Source: Bacteroidia bacterium
Lineage (GTDB): Bacteria > Bacteroidota > Bacteroidia > NS11-12g > UBA9320
Length of the DNA stretch: 64,000 nucleotides
Reading direction: 5' to 3'
Assembly (NCBI GenBank): GCA_965216465.1
Contig: CBDCFW010000005.1
Coordinates: 352,001-416,000, forward strand
Positions 21,420-31,993 of the stretch are shown piece by piece. The notes beneath the pieces were generated by a model, which was not told the origin of the DNA, ran no database searches, and saw nothing but the letters and a program-made list of their open reading frames with translations. Made by a program: the position numbers and the translations under genes. Each line of letters begins with the position of its first letter. Positions within the stretch are counted from its first letter, which is position 1.

Positions 21420-21839
21420 CTAAGCACTATAATCTGGTCTTACTACAAATTTTGTTGTTACAGGAAGTTTCTGAGCCGCTAATCTCATTGCCTCTCTTGC
21501 AATTTCTTCACTAACACCGTCAACTTCAAACATGATCGTACCTGGTTTAATAACCGCTACCCAGTACTCAGGAGATCCTTTACCCTTACCCATACGTACC
21601 TCAGCTGGTTTTTTAGTTACCGGCTTGTCTGGGAAAATTCGGATCCACACTTTTCCTTCTCTTTTCATATAACGGTTAAGAGCAATCCTTGCTGCCTCAA
21701 TCTGACGAGACGTAATCCAGTGTGGTTCTAACGATTTCAGTCCGAAATCACCAAACTCAATTCTGTGCCCTCTTCCAGCAACACCTTTTACTCTACCTTT
21801 CTGGCGTTTTCTATATCTAACTCTTTTTGGAGATAACAT
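21420..21839 (-). CDS. rplP: 50S ribosomal protein L16
   Basis: [12 protein letters not shown]. Confidence 0.98.
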   Translation of the reverse strand: MLSPKRVRYRKRQKGRVKGVAGRGHRIEFGDFGLKSLEPHWITSRQIEAARIALNRYMKREGKVWIRIFPDKPVTKKPAEVRMGKGKGSPEYWVAVIKPGTIMFEVDGVSEEIAREAMRLAAQKLPVTTKFVVRPDYSA

Positions 21840-21851
21840 AATTCTACAGTG

Positions 21852-22583
21852 TTATTTGTTAATTCTTCTTCTATTATTTCCTCCTGGACGACCTCCTGGT
21901 CTTCTCTTATCTCTCTGTTTTGGCATTCCCATACCCATATTTATAGAAAGGTCTCTCTTACCGTAAACTTCTTCCTTAAATATCCATACTTTAACACCAA
22001 TCTTTCCGTATACGGTCAATGCTTCAGTTAAAGCGTAGTCTACATCAGCTCTAAAAGTGTGAAGAGGAATTCTTCCTTCTTTGAACTGTTGAGTTCTTGC
22101 CATCTCAGCACCGTTTAATCTTCCAGACACCATAACTTTGATTCCTTGTGCACCCATTCTCATTGAAGATGCGATGGCCATTTTAATTGCTCTCTTGAAG
22201 TTTACTCTTCCTTCAATTTGTTGAGCGATTGACTGACCAACCAACATAGCGTCTAGTTCTGGTCGCTTAACCTCGAAGATGTTAATTTGAACATCTTTCT
22301 TAGTAAGCTTTTTAACTTCTTCTTTTAGTTTATCTACTTCAGATCCACCTTTACCAATCACAATACCTGGACGAGATGTGTGAACTGTGATGATGATTCT
22401 TTTAAGCATTCTCTCAATTAAAATTTTTGAGATACCGCCTCTTGGAATTCTAGCTCTTAGATAGTTTCTGATTTTATTATCTTCTGCTAGTTTTTCTCCA
22501 AATTCTTTACCACCGTACCAGTTGCTTTCCCAACCTCTAATGATACCTAATCTTAAACCTATTGGATTTACTTTTTGTCCCAT
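21852..22583 (-). CDS. rpsC: 30S ribosomal protein S3
   Basis: [13 protein letters not shown]; [10 protein letters not shown]. Confidence 0.98.
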   Translation of the reverse strand: MGQKVNPIGLRLGIIRGWESNWYGGKEFGEKLAEDNKIRNYLRARIPRGGISKILIERMLKRIIITVHTSRPGIVIGKGGSEVDKLKEEVKKLTKKDVQINIFEVKRPELDAMLVGQSIAQQIEGRVNFKRAIKMAIASSMRMGAQGIKVMVSGRLNGAEMARTQQFKEGRIPLHTFRADVDYALTEALTVYGKIGVKVWIFKEEVYGKRDLSINMGMGMPKQRDKRRPGGRPGGNNRRRINK

Positions 22584-22585
22584 TT

Positions 22586-22969
22586 TTATTCTTCAGTTTG
22601 TGATTCTTCAGTTGCTTCTTCAGTATCAATAGTATCTACTACTATCGTAATATGATTTGATCTCTTTCTAATTCTGTGTGCACGTCCTTGTGGAGCAGGT
22701 TGAATTCTTTTTAACATTCTTCCTGGATCAACAAAAACACTTTTTACGATCAGACCAGTTTCCTCATCAACACGCTCTTCGTTTACTTGTTGCCAGTTTG
22801 CAATTGCAGACTTTAAAAGTTTTTCAACTTTCTCAGCATACACGCGCTTTTGGCTAAACTTCAATACGTTTAATGCGTCTTCTACCCTTTGTCCTCTGAT
22901 TTGATCAACAACCAATCTCATCTTACGAGGAGACATTGGACAATTATTTAATTTCGCTACTGCTTCCAT
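22586..22969 (-). CDS. rplV: 50S ribosomal protein L22
   Basis: SPRKMRLV; [16 protein letters not shown]. Confidence 0.98.
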   Translation of the reverse strand: MEAVAKLNNCPMSPRKMRLVVDQIRGQRVEDALNVLKFSQKRVYAEKVEKLLKSAIANWQQVNEERVDEETGLIVKSVFVDPGRMLKRIQPAPQGRAHRIRKRSNHITIVVDTIDTEEATEESQTEE

Positions 22970-22971
22970 TT

Positions 22972-23235
22972 TTATTTCTTAATTGGGTGACCTTTAAATG
23001 TTCTTGTCGGTGCAAACTCACCTAATTTATGTCCTACCATGTTCTCAGTTACATAAACAGGAATGAATTTATTTCCGTTATGAACAGCAAACGTATGACC
23101 AACAAAATCTGGAGTGATTAAAGAGCTTCTGCTCCAAGTTTTAATAACAGATTTCTTACCTGACTCATTAATAGCGTCAACTTTTCTTTGAAGCTTATAA
23201 TGAACAAATGGTCCTTTTTTTAATGATCTTGGCAT
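22972..23235 (-). CDS. rpsS: 30S ribosomal protein S19
   Basis: RSLKKGPF; [11 protein letters not shown]. Confidence 0.98.
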   Translation of the reverse strand: MPRSLKKGPFVHYKLQRKVDAINESGKKSVIKTWSRSSLITPDFVGHTFAVHNGNKFIPVYVTENMVGHKLGEFAPTRTFKGHPIKK

Positions 23236-23238
23236 ATT

Positions 23239-24060
23239 CTATTTTTTCTTTCTTTCTAAAATTAATCTAGATGAGTTCTTATTCTTATTTCTAGTCTTAA
23301 GACCTCTAGACTTAACACCTTTTCTAGTTCTAGCCTGTCCACCTTTCGAACGACCTTCACCACCACCTTGTGGGTGATCAACCGGGTTCATAGCTGCTGG
23401 ACGAGTTCTAGGTCTTCTTCCTAACCATCTGCTTCTACCTGCTTTACCAGAGATTGCTAACTGGTGGTCTCCGTTAGAAACTTCTCCCAAAGTAGCCATA
23501 CAAGCTGAAAGGATGTTTCTAGTTTCACCTGATGGCAACTTAATTGTTGCATACTTACCATCTCTTGCTAGTAACTGAGCACTTGTACCTGCACTTCTAC
23601 AGATTTCAGCACCTTTACCTGGTTGCATTTCGATGTTGTGAATGGTAGAACCCAATGGAATTTCTTTCATTGGAAGTGCATTTCCAGTATCAGGGCTTGA
23701 TCCTGATCCACTGCTAATCTTTTGTCCAACTGTTAATCCTTTAGGAGCTAAGATGTATCTTTTCTCACCGTCAGCATATTGAACTAAAGAGATAAATGCA
23801 GTTCTATTTGGATCGTACTCAATCGTTAGAACTTCTGCACTCTCGTGTCTATTTCTTTTGAAATCGATAATACGGTATCTTCTCTTATGACCACCACCTC
23901 TGTTTCTCATGGTCATCTTACCTGTATCGTTTCTACCCCCAGATTTCTTAAGTGGAGCTAATAAGCTTTTCTCTGGCTTGCTAGTAGTAAGCTCATCGAA
24001 AGTTACCGCCAACTTAAATCGTTGTCCTGGTGTTACTGGTTTTATTCTCTTAATACCCAT
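23239..24060 (-). CDS. rplB: 50S ribosomal protein L2
   Basis: IEYDPNRTA; [14 protein letters not shown]. Confidence 0.98.
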   Translation of the reverse strand: MGIKRIKPVTPGQRFKLAVTFDELTTSKPEKSLLAPLKKSGGRNDTGKMTMRNRGGGHKRRYRIIDFKRNRHESAEVLTIEYDPNRTAFISLVQYADGEKRYILAPKGLTVGQKISSGSGSSPDTGNALPMKEIPLGSTIHNIEMQPGKGAEICRSAGTSAQLLARDGKYATIKLPSGETRNILSACMATLGEVSNGDHQLAISGKAGRSRWLGRRPRTRPAAMNPVDHPQGGGEGRSKGGQARTRKGVKSRGLKTRNKNKNSSRLILERKKK

Positions 24061-24070
24061 TGTCTCTCAA

Positions 24071-24361
24071 TTAAATATTTTCGTAAAAATCAATAGTTTG
24101 ACCATCTTTTAAGCTTACAATAGCTTTTTTGATGTTGGAAGTTCTTCCGTTAGAAACTCCTGATTTTGTGAATCTTGTTTTTCTCTTTCCTGCTACAACT
24201 AAAGTTCTGATCTTATCAACTTCTACGTTATAAACTTTCTCTATCTCTGCTTTGATCTCAGGCTTTGTAGAGTCAAGTGCAACAACAAACCCGTATTGGC
24301 CTTTTTGCTCGCCTAACAAAGACATTTTTTCAGTGATCAAAGGTTTTACAAGTACTGCCAT
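24071..24361 (-). CDS. rplW: 50S ribosomal protein L23
   Basis: PLITEK; KKAIVSL. Confidence 0.97.
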   Translation of the reverse strand: MAVLVKPLITEKMSLLGEQKGQYGFVVALDSTKPEIKAEIEKVYNVEVDKIRTLVVAGKRKTRFTKSGVSNGRTSNIKKAIVSLKDGQTIDFYENI

Positions 24362-24362
24362 C

Positions 24363-24989
24363 TTAATTTAATATTTCTTTTAGTTTATCGATTGAATTCT
24401 CTACAAGAATGATATTGGTTGCATTAAGAATGCTGTACGTATTCGCTTCGCTTGCCAATTGAACTTGTGCGTTAGGAATGTTTCTTGCAGATAGGTAAAC
24501 ATTTGCATTGTATTCCGGAACGAGTAACAAGGTCTTTTTATCATTCAATTTTAAGTTCGTCAAAATGTCTAGGTAACCTTTAGTTTTAGGGCTATCCATT
24601 TCGATTGCGTCGATGATAGTAACTTCCTTACCTTTTGCTTTGTAAGTAAGTGCTGATCTTCTTGCAACTTGCTTAAGTTTCTTATTTAGCTTGAAGCTGT
24701 AGTCTCTTGGACGAGGACCGTGCATTCTACCACCACCAACAAAAACACCAGATTTCAAACTACCTGCTCTCGCGGTACCTGTACCTTTTTGTTTTTTGAT
24801 TTTTCGAGTAGATGCAGTAACATCACCTTTCTCAGTTGAAGAGTGAGTACCTTGTCTTTGGCTAGCTAAGTACTGCTTAACATCTAGATAGATGGCATGA
24901 TCATTTGGTTCAACACCAAAGATCGACTTTGGAAGAGTTACGTCTTTTCCAGTCTCTGCTCCTGCTGTATTTAATACCTTAACTTTCAT
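24363..24989 (-). CDS. rplD: 50S ribosomal protein L4
   Basis: RQGTH; QKGTGTARAG. Confidence 0.98.
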   Translation of the reverse strand: MKVKVLNTAGAETGKDVTLPKSIFGVEPNDHAIYLDVKQYLASQRQGTHSSTEKGDVTASTRKIKKQKGTGTARAGSLKSGVFVGGGRMHGPRPRDYSFKLNKKLKQVARRSALTYKAKGKEVTIIDAIEMDSPKTKGYLDILTNLKLNDKKTLLLVPEYNANVYLSARNIPNAQVQLASEANTYSILNATNIILVENSIDKLKEILN

Positions 24990-24990
24990 T

Positions 24991-25608
24991 TTACTTTTCG
25001 ATTACAACGTAAGATCCTTTATGTCCAGGAATCGCTCCGCTTATTACTAATAAATTGTTTTCAGCATCAACCTTAAGAATTCTTAAGTTTTGCATTTTAA
25101 CTCTATCGCCACCAGTTCTTCCGGCCATTCTAGTTCCTTTGAATACTCTTGAAGGAGTAGAACCAGCACCTAACGAACCTGGAGCTCTTAATCTGTTGTG
25201 CTGACCGTGAGTAGCCTCACCAACACCACTAAATCCGTGACGTTTAACAACACCTTGGAAACCTTTTCCTTTAGACGTACCAACTACATCTACAAATTGA
25301 CCTTCTTCGAAAACTTCAACTCCGAAAGAATCTCCAAGATTCACTTCGTTTTCAAAGTCTCTTACTTCAACAACCATTCTCTTTGGTGTTGTTTTAGCCT
25401 TTGCGTAATGGCCCATTTCTGCTTTGTTCGAACTCTTTTCTCTCTTTTCGACAGAAGCGATCTGAACAGCATTGTAACCATCCTTGTCAGAGGTTTTGAT
25501 TTGAGTAACAACGTTTGGAGCTCCTTGAACTACTGTACAAGGCTCTTTTTTACCTGCTTCGGTAAAAATCGCTGTCATTCCAACTTTTTTTCCTATAAAA
25601 CTTAACAT
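24991..25608 (-). CDS. rplC: 50S ribosomal protein L3
   Basis: GKKVGMT; [15 protein letters not shown]. Confidence 0.98.
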   Translation of the reverse strand: MLSFIGKKVGMTAIFTEAGKKEPCTVVQGAPNVVTQIKTSDKDGYNAVQIASVEKREKSSNKAEMGHYAKAKTTPKRMVVEVRDFENEVNLGDSFGVEVFEEGQFVDVVGTSKGKGFQGVVKRHGFSGVGEATHGQHNRLRAPGSLGAGSTPSRVFKGTRMAGRTGGDRVKMQNLRILKVDAENNLLVISGAIPGHKGSYVVIEK

Positions 25609-25615
25609 CTTCTTT

Positions 25616-25924
25616 TTAAACTTTAATTTCTACGTCTACTCCACTTGGCAATTCTAGTTTCATTAATGCGTCAACAGTTTTCGCACTTGAACTATAAATG
25701 TCCATTAATCTCTTATAAGAACTTAATTTAAATTGTTCTCTAGCTTTCTTGTTTACGTGAGGAGATCTTAATACTGTAAAAACTTTTCTTTGCGTTGGAA
25801 GTGGAATTGGACCACTAACAATAGCTCCAGTAGCCTTAACAGATTTAACAATCTTCTCTGCTGATTTATCAATCAGATTGTGATCGTAAGATTTTAGCTT
25901 TATTCTTATTTTTTGATTAATCAT
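25616..25924 (-). CDS. rpsJ: 30S ribosomal protein S10
   Basis: [10 protein letters not shown]; GPIPLPT; [13 protein letters not shown]. Confidence 0.98.
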   Translation of the reverse strand: MINQKIRIKLKSYDHNLIDKSAEKIVKSVKATGAIVSGPIPLPTQRKVFTVLRSPHVNKKAREQFKLSSYKRLMDIYSSSAKTVDALMKLELPSGVDVEIKV

Positions 25925-25928
25925 TTCT

Positions 25929-28034
25929 TTATGCTTTTGCTGTTCCGTTAACTTTTGCGATTACTTCTTCTGATATGTTCTTAGGAACGATATCGTAGTT
26001 GTTGAACTCCATAGTAGAAGTTGCTCTACCTGATGTGATAGTTCTCAAGTCAGTTACATATCCAAACATCATTGATAATGGTACAAGAGCTTTAATTACT
26101 TGTGCTCCTGACTTCTCATCAACACCTTGCATCTGACCTCTTCTTCTATTCAAGTCACCCATTACATCACCCATGTTCTCTTCAGGAGTAATAACTTCAA
26201 GCTTCATAATTGGCTCAAGTAATACAGGTCCTGCAGATTTACAAGCTTCTCTAAATGCAAACTTCGCAGCAGTTTCGAAAGAAAGTGAATCAGAATCCAC
26301 AGGGTGGAAAGAACCGTCGAATAATCTTACTTTTAGGTTTTGAACTTCGTAACCTGCAAGAACACCATTCTTCATAGCTTCTTTAAATCCTTTCTCTACT
26401 GAAGGAATGTACTCTCTTGGAATAGCACCACCAACAATCTCGTTAATGAATTCTAATCCTTCTTTTCCTTCATCACCAGGCATAATTTCTACCTGAATGT
26501 CTGCAAACTTACCACGACCACCAGACTGTTTCTTGTAAGTCTCACGGTGAATGATAGGCTGTGTAATAGTTTCTTTATAAGCTACCTGAGGTGCACCTTG
26601 GTTAGCTTCTACTTTAAACTCTCTCTTTAAACGATCGATGATAATCTCAAGGTGAAGCTCTCCCATTCCTGAAATAACTGTTTGACCGGTTTCTTCATCA
26701 GATTTAACTTGGAAGGTTGGATCCTCCTCAGCAAGCTTAGCAAGTGCCATACCTAACTTATCTACGTCAGCTTGAGTTTTAGGCTCAATAGCAACCCCGA
26801 TTACTGGATCTGGGAAATCCATAGATTCAAGTACGATCGGTGCATTTTCTGCACAAAGAGTATCTCCAGTTCTGATATCTTTAAATCCTACTAGCGCCGC
26901 AATATCACCAGCTTGTAACTGATCGATTTGGTTTTGCTTGTTAGCGTGCATTTGGAAGATACGAGAGATACGCTCTTTTTTATTTGTTCTTGTGTTTAAC
27001 ACATAAGATCCTGAATCAAGTGCACCAGAATAAGCTCTAGTGAAACAAAGTCTACCAACGTAAGGGTCAGTAGCGATCTTAAATGCTAAAGAAGCAAATG
27101 GCTCATCAACGCTTGGCTTTCTAGAAGCTTCTTCATCGTTTTTAGGATTGGTTCCTACGATAGCTTCTTGATCTAATGGAGATGGAAGAATTTCCATTAC
27201 CATATCAAGCATTGCTTGAACACCTTTATTTTTAAACGCAGATCCACACATCATAGGAACGATTTTCATTCCGATAGTTGCTTCTCTTAACGCGTCTAAG
27301 ATTTCTCTTTCTGAAATTGAGTTTGGATCTTCGAAGTATTTCTCCATCAAAGTATCATCGAACTCAGCAATTGCTTCTAACAGATTTTCTCTGTATTCAG
27401 CAACCTCGTCAACCATATCATCTGGAATTGGTACTTCTTCAAAAGTCATTCCGTGATCGTGCTCATTCCAAACAATACCTCTGTTGTTGATTAGATCAAC
27501 TACACCAGTAAAGTTATCTTCAGCACCGATAGGCAATTGCAATGGAACTGCAGTAGACCCTAACATTTCTTTTACCTGACGGCAAACGTTAAGGAAGTCA
27601 GCTCCTTGTCTATCCATTTTATTAACAAACCCGATTCTTGCTACGTTATAGTTGTTTGCAAGTCTCCAGTTAGTTTCAGATTGTGGCTCTACACCATCAA
27701 CAGCACTAAATAAGAATACCAAACCATCCAATACACGAAGTGATCTGTTTACCTCAACAGTAAAGTCAACGTGACCTGGGGTATCAATAATATTTACGTG
27801 ATAATCTTTTCCTCTGTATGGCCAGAATACAGTAGTAGCAGCAGAAGTAATGGTAATACCTCTTTCTTGCTCCTGCTCCATCCAGTCCATAGTAGCAGCA
27901 CCGTCATGCACCTCACCAATCTTGTGAGAAACACCCGCGTAATAAAGTACACGCTCAGTAGTAGTGGTTTTTCCAGCATCAATGTGAGCTGCGATACCGA
28001 TATTACGTGTGTATTTTAAATCTCTTTTTGCCAT
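25929..28034 (-). CDS. fusA: Elongation factor G
   Basis: AHIDAGKTT; RGITITSA; DTPGHVDF; NKMD; GMGELHLE. Confidence 0.99.
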   Translation of the reverse strand: MAKRDLKYTRNIGIAAHIDAGKTTTTERVLYYAGVSHKIGEVHDGAATMDWMEQEQERGITITSAATTVFWPYRGKDYHVNIIDTPGHVDFTVEVNRSLRVLDGLVFLFSAVDGVEPQSETNWRLANNYNVARIGFVNKMDRQGADFLNVCRQVKEMLGSTAVPLQLPIGAEDNFTGVVDLINNRGIVWNEHDHGMTFEEVPIPDDMVDEVAEYRENLLEAIAEFDDTLMEKYFEDPNSISEREILDALREATIGMKIVPMMCGSAFKNKGVQAMLDMVMEILPSPLDQEAIVGTNPKNDEEASRKPSVDEPFASLAFKIATDPYVGRLCFTRAYSGALDSGSYVLNTRTNKKERISRIFQMHANKQNQIDQLQAGDIAALVGFKDIRTGDTLCAENAPIVLESMDFPDPVIGVAIEPKTQADVDKLGMALAKLAEEDPTFQVKSDEETGQTVISGMGELHLEIIIDRLKREFKVEANQGAPQVAYKETITQPIIHRETYKKQSGGRGKFADIQVEIMPGDEGKEGLEFINEIVGGAIPREYIPSVEKGFKEAMKNGVLAGYEVQNLKVRLFDGSFHPVDSDSLSFETAAKFAFREACKSAGPVLLEPIMKLEVITPEENMGDVMGDLNRRRGQMQGVDEKSGAQVIKALVPLSMMFGYVTDLRTITSGRATSTMEFNNYDIVPKNISEEVIAKVNGTAKA

Positions 28035-28042
28035 TTCTTTAA

Positions 28043-28513
28043 TTATACTCTAAAGTGTGAGAATGCTTTATTGGCCTCAGCCATTTTATGTGTGTCTTCT
28101 TTTTTCTTAACTGCAGCACCTTCACCTTTTGCAGCAGCTAAAATTTCTCCAGCTAGTTTATTAGCCATTGATTTTTCGTTACGCTTACGTGCGTAGTTAA
28201 TCATCCACTTGATACCGAAAGAAACTTTAAGCTCAGGCTTAACCTCCATAGGAATTTGGAAAGTAGCCCCACCTACTCTACGGCTCTTTACCATTACTGA
28301 TGGCATAACGTTGTTTAACGCTTTCTTCCAAGTATCAATACCAGACTCTTCCTCTACCTTGCTATCTACGATATCAATTGCTTCATAAAAAATCTTTCTT
28401 GCAGTTTCTTTTTTACCTGCAAGCATCATATTGTTTATGAACTTAGACGCCAAGATGTCGTTGAATCTTGGATCTGGAATAATCTCTCTTTTTCTAGCTT
28501 TTGACTTTCTCAT
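28043..28513 (-). CDS. rpsG: 30S ribosomal protein S7
   Basis: [12 protein letters not shown]; [12 protein letters not shown]. Confidence 0.98.
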   Translation of the reverse strand: MRKSKARKREIIPDPRFNDILASKFINNMMLAGKKETARKIFYEAIDIVDSKVEEESGIDTWKKALNNVMPSVMVKSRRVGGATFQIPMEVKPELKVSFGIKWMINYARKRNEKSMANKLAGEILAAAKGEGAAVKKKEDTHKMAEANKAFSHFRV

Positions 28514-28887
28514 TATTTCTTAGGTCTTTTGGCTCCGTACTTACTTCTTCTTTGTGTTCTACCTTCAACACCCGCAGTATCTAAAGCACCACGTACAATG
28601 TGATATCTAACACCAGGTAAATCCTTTACTCTTCCACCTCTTACAAGAACAATACTGTGCTCCTGCAAATTGTGACCCTCACCAGGGATGTAAGCATTTA
28701 CTTCATTACCATTTGTTAGCCTAACTCTCGCAACTTTTCTCATTGCAGAATTTGGCTTTTTAGGAGTGGTTGTATAAACCCTTGTGCACACACCTCTTCT
28801 TTGCGGACAAGAGTCTAAAGCTCTTGACTTGCTTTTCTTGGTGAGTTGCTTTCTCCCTTTCCTTACTAATTGTTGTATTGTAGGCAT
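28513..28887 (-). CDS. rpsL: 30S ribosomal protein S12
   Basis: True start [10 protein letters not shown] at ATG 28887; PKKPNSA; [12 protein letters not shown]. Confidence 0.98.
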   Translation of the reverse strand: MPTIQQLVRKGRKQLTKKSKSRALDSCPQRRGVCTRVYTTTPKKPNSAMRKVARVRLTNGNEVNAYIPGEGHNLQEHSIVLVRGGRVKDLPGVRYHIVRGALDTAGVEGRTQRRSKYGAKRPKK

Positions 28888-28917
28888 ATATTTTAATCCA
28901 ATTTCTAAAAAGGTCTG

Positions 28918-28925
28918 CAAAAGTA
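28918..28925 (-). promoter_or_regulatory. -7 promoter box of the str/S10 supercluster
   Basis: TACTTTTG 30 nt upstream of the rpsL ATG. Confidence 0.65.
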
Positions 28926-29073
28926 GTATTAATAAATAAGTATACAAGGCCTTTGAGAAAAAAAATCGAGAATAAAAATGACCCTCTTTTTTAGCGTTCT
29001 TTTTTACGCTTAAATAATCCTCAATTTCACTCTTTGAACTTCTTAGATTTATACCTTAACCTTGTAGTGCTAA

Positions 29074-29973
29074 ATGTTTAAATATCTTGAAAATAGCAAG
29101 ATTGATAAATCGAAGTGGGACAATCTCGTTCGGCAATCTAAAAATGCTTCAGTGTTTAGCTTCTCTTGGTATTTAGATTCATTTTGCTCTTGGGATGCCA
29201 TCGTTTTTGACGATTTTGAAGGTGCTATTCCTCTCCCAGTTTCCAAAAAGTTGGGCTTAAAATTCTTGTTTCAACCAAACTTCATTCAAAAGTGCTCATG
29301 GTTTGGTCGCGAATTAAGTGAAAATGAACAAGAAGATCTCTGGAAAATATTGACCAAAAAATTTGCTTATATCCACTTCAATTCGAATCTAAAATTGACA
29401 TCAAATCATGTCGATAGAACAAACCTCATTTTAGCTCCAAATTCGATTGAAGTCATCAAGCAAAATTTCTCGAAATCACTCCGTAAGAATTTGAACCGAG
29501 AACCCCAGTTTAACATCTCCATCGGGAAGGAGGGTTTGAGCGACGTTATTCATCTATATAAAGATGCATATGGAAATCTTAATCCTCAAATTCTTCCTCA
29601 TCATTATAGCGAGCTAAAATTAATGCTCGAGTCGCAACCCAACCACTACTATACCTGCATAGTTCGTAATGGTGAAAAAATTCTAGCAGCCTTGCTCTTT
29701 GTTGAGCACAACAATCGCTTACACTACATTCTTGGAGCTCCTAACAAAGAAGGGCGTGAGTCAAATGCTCTTTCATTCGGCTTGTTTGAAACAATAAAGA
29801 AATACTGTACTCAAGGATACACCCTTGATTTTGAAGGCTCAAGCATCCCTTCTGTAAAACAGTTCTATGAATCATTTGGAACGGTTAATGAAGGTTTTTA
29901 TGAGATAGCTTTCAGCCCAAGTAAAACGATAAGTGCATTAAAAAAGGCTTATAGCAAATTCAAAAGGTCATAG
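29074..29973 (+). CDS. GNAT-fold / FemAB-like protein
   Basis: IDKSKWD start, FSKSLRKNL, and LDFEGS...KQFYESFG, typical of the FemAB-related GNAT family. Confidence 0.65.
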   Translation: MFKYLENSKIDKSKWDNLVRQSKNASVFSFSWYLDSFCSWDAIVFDDFEGAIPLPVSKKLGLKFLFQPNFIQKCSWFGRELSENEQEDLWKILTKKFAYIHFNSNLKLTSNHVDRTNLILAPNSIEVIKQNFSKSLRKNLNREPQFNISIGKEGLSDVIHLYKDAYGNLNPQILPHHYSELKLMLESQPNHYYTCIVRNGEKILAALLFVEHNNRLHYILGAPNKEGRESNALSFGLFETIKKYCTQGYTLDFEGSSIPSVKQFYESFGTVNEGFYEIAFSPSKTISALKKAYSKFKRS

Positions 29974-30662
29974 GTTAATGGCACCTCTGAGGTGAAACCC
30001 TCTGCATACTCCTTTTGAATAATGCCTCCAAACTCTCTTGCACGAGCTTCTAAACTGCTTAAAAACTGCTTTGAGCTTATTGGAGTTTGAGGTCCTTTAT
30101 CTGCTGGGTTATAAAATTGACTCGAATAAGCCAAGATGCTTTTCATCTTAACTTCATATTCAGCAGTAATATCAATAACAATATCAGGCCTAGTGTGATA
30201 GTATTGTATATAGTTAAAGATGTGCTTTGGTCGCCAGTGTGCCTGTTGCTCACCTTCGAGTACGGTTTCAATATTTTTTAGACCTGACAAGAACGAGGCT
30301 TGTTTAATCAGTTCTGCTCCCGCAGGATGGTCAATGTGTCTATCGTTAACTGCATTGGCAAGAACAATCTCAGGGCGATATTTTCTTAACATCTCTATTA
30401 CGCGTAGTTTCGATTGTTTGTCAGTTGATAGCCAACCATCACCCAAATCAAGATTTTCGCGTGCATCTAGCTCCAAGATTTCTGAAGCCGCTTTCGCTTC
30501 AGCTGCTCTAATTTCTGCTGATCCTCTTGTACCCAACTCGCCGCGAGTTAAGTCAACAATTCCAATCTTTTTTCCTGCTTTCTTTAATTTATAGAGGGTG
30601 CCTGAACAAGATAACTCGACATCGTCAGGATGTGCACCAAAAGCCAATACGTCTAACTTCAT
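29949..30662 (-). CDS. bshB1: Bacillithiol biosynthesis deacetylase BshB1 (PIG-L family)
   Basis: GAHPDDVELSC; DLTRGELGTRG; DRHIDH; AYSSQFY; YAEGF. Confidence 0.88.
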   Translation of the reverse strand: MKLDVLAFGAHPDDVELSCSGTLYKLKKAGKKIGIVDLTRGELGTRGSAEIRAAEAKAASEILELDARENLDLGDGWLSTDKQSKLRVIEMLRKYRPEIVLANAVNDRHIDHPAGAELIKQASFLSGLKNIETVLEGEQQAHWRPKHIFNYIQYYHTRPDIVIDITAEYEVKMKSILAYSSQFYNPADKGPQTPISSKQFLSSLEARAREFGGIIQKEYAEGFTSEVPLTYDLLNLL

Positions 30663-30683
30663 ATTCTAGGAAACAAATATAAC

Positions 30684-31253
30684 TTACTCTAGTTTTGCAT
30701 TCTTAATGATGTACTCAATTTGATAGTCTTCTATCGGATCAAATTTTACATCAATCTCGGCATCGTACATTTTTGCCCATAGTCCATAGAACATCGTACT
30801 CGCACTTCCACGATACTTTTTCAATATTTCGTAAGTCGTATTGCCTGTTTCGCGATGAATAAGTTTAATTAAGAGTTTACCTTGAGTTACAGATAGATTT
30901 TCAAGCTGTTCCTTAAATTCATCGATAATAGCATCTTCGGTCGCTTTAATGTACTTCCGCTTGGCCTTTTTAGAAGACAGTTGTTGTAGATTGTCTTCCA
31001 TCATTTGCAATCTGAATGCAGCAAGCTTTGCATATGGCATAACCTTTTTTACGTTTCTTACAAGCCTAAGATATTTTTCTTGCTCTTCTTTAGATGTAAA
31101 CTCCTTTAATAAGAACTCATCAAACGAGTACACGTAAAACGTATCTCCATCCATCACCACTTTTCTTACCAAAATTGTTGAGTCTGGACTTACGGTTTGA
31201 GCCAACCCAGAATAACCAACTGCGATCAATATTAAAAGAATAAACTTTCTCAT
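30684..31253 (-). CDS. DUF4294-like exported protein
   Basis: Signal peptide; RLVRNVKKVMPYAK; QGKLLIKLIHRETG. Confidence 0.75.
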   Translation of the reverse strand: MRKFILLILIAVGYSGLAQTVSPDSTILVRKVVMDGDTFYVYSFDEFLLKEFTSKEEQEKYLRLVRNVKKVMPYAKLAAFRLQMMEDNLQQLSSKKAKRKYIKATEDAIIDEFKEQLENLSVTQGKLLIKLIHRETGNTTYEILKKYRGSASTMFYGLWAKMYDAEIDVKFDPIEDYQIEYIIKNAKLE

Positions 31254-31282
31254 CTGCATTATACAATTCAATTAACGTGCCA

Positions 31283-31993
31283 TTAGTTTAGTAACTCAGA
31301 AAGTATATCAACCGATTTTATTGATTTATTTCGAGCAAGGTGCACTTGATAGTACTGAATTAACGTTTTCAAGCACGTTCTTCTTATATCTGGTGCAAAG
31401 TTAGAACTTTGAGTATCATGATTTCGAAGTAGATCAGATATTGCCTTAGAAACTTCAAGACTAGCACACCGTTCTGATGCTTGCTGGGCAAACACCCCGT
31501 CAATTAAATTGAAGTAAGGAGTTTGTGCAGAATACTGCCCTTGAGGTTGAAATCCCAAGTATTCTGAAAACTGAAGTAGAAATGTAATCGGAAAAGTTGA
31601 ATGAACATCATTACTCTCTAAATTAACAATGGCCTGTTCAACAAAGTCAAACAATTCAAATTCACACAGCTCCTCTTCAATGCTATAATTCAGCATTTCA
31701 ATCAGAAATAAAGCAATGGTCTTTTTAACCATGTCAGCATGAATATTATGAAGCAACGGTCGATTCTTAAGCTCTTTAATACGATTAATACTTGAGCTAG
31801 GTTTTTCATAAACATCCATTTCTACAATTGATAATGGAAGTATCATAGAAGGCTTTATTGCAGACTTTCCTTTTCTTACACCGTTAATCATGTATGTACG
31901 CAAACCAAACTCACGCGTATACATTTTAGAAATTACACTACTTTCTGAGTAATTGGTATTTTTAAGAACTATGGCTCGAGTTTTAGCCAGCAT
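31283..31993 (-). CDS. recO: DNA repair protein RecO
   Basis: KTRAIVLKNTNYSESSVISKMYTREFG; LGFQP. Confidence 0.92.
   Translation of the reverse strand: MLAKTRAIVLKNTNYSESSVISKMYTREFGLRTYMINGVRKGKSAIKPSMILPLSIVEMDVYEKPSSSINRIKELKNRPLLHNIHADMVKKTIALFLIEMLNYSIEEELCEFELFDFVEQAIVNLESNDVHSTFPITFLLQFSEYLGFQPQGQYSAQTPYFNLIDGVFAQQASERCASLEVSKAISDLLRNHDTQSSNFAPDIRRTCLKTLIQYYQVHLARNKSIKSVDILSELLN

Noticed and set aside
12117-27982. Plus-strand and alternative-frame ORFs within the ribosomal protein cluster (e.g. the Ser-rich 12117-12470)
   Set aside because: Antisense or frame shadows of conserved, codon-biased genes
15508-28034. No tuf after fusA and no adk/map after secY; L36 and S14 without zinc ribbons
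   Set aside because: Common organisation and forms in Bacteroidota; not unusual
28888-28947. N-terminal extension of S12 in the ORF track
   Set aside because: It runs through the promoter box; the canonical start is MPTIQQL at 28887
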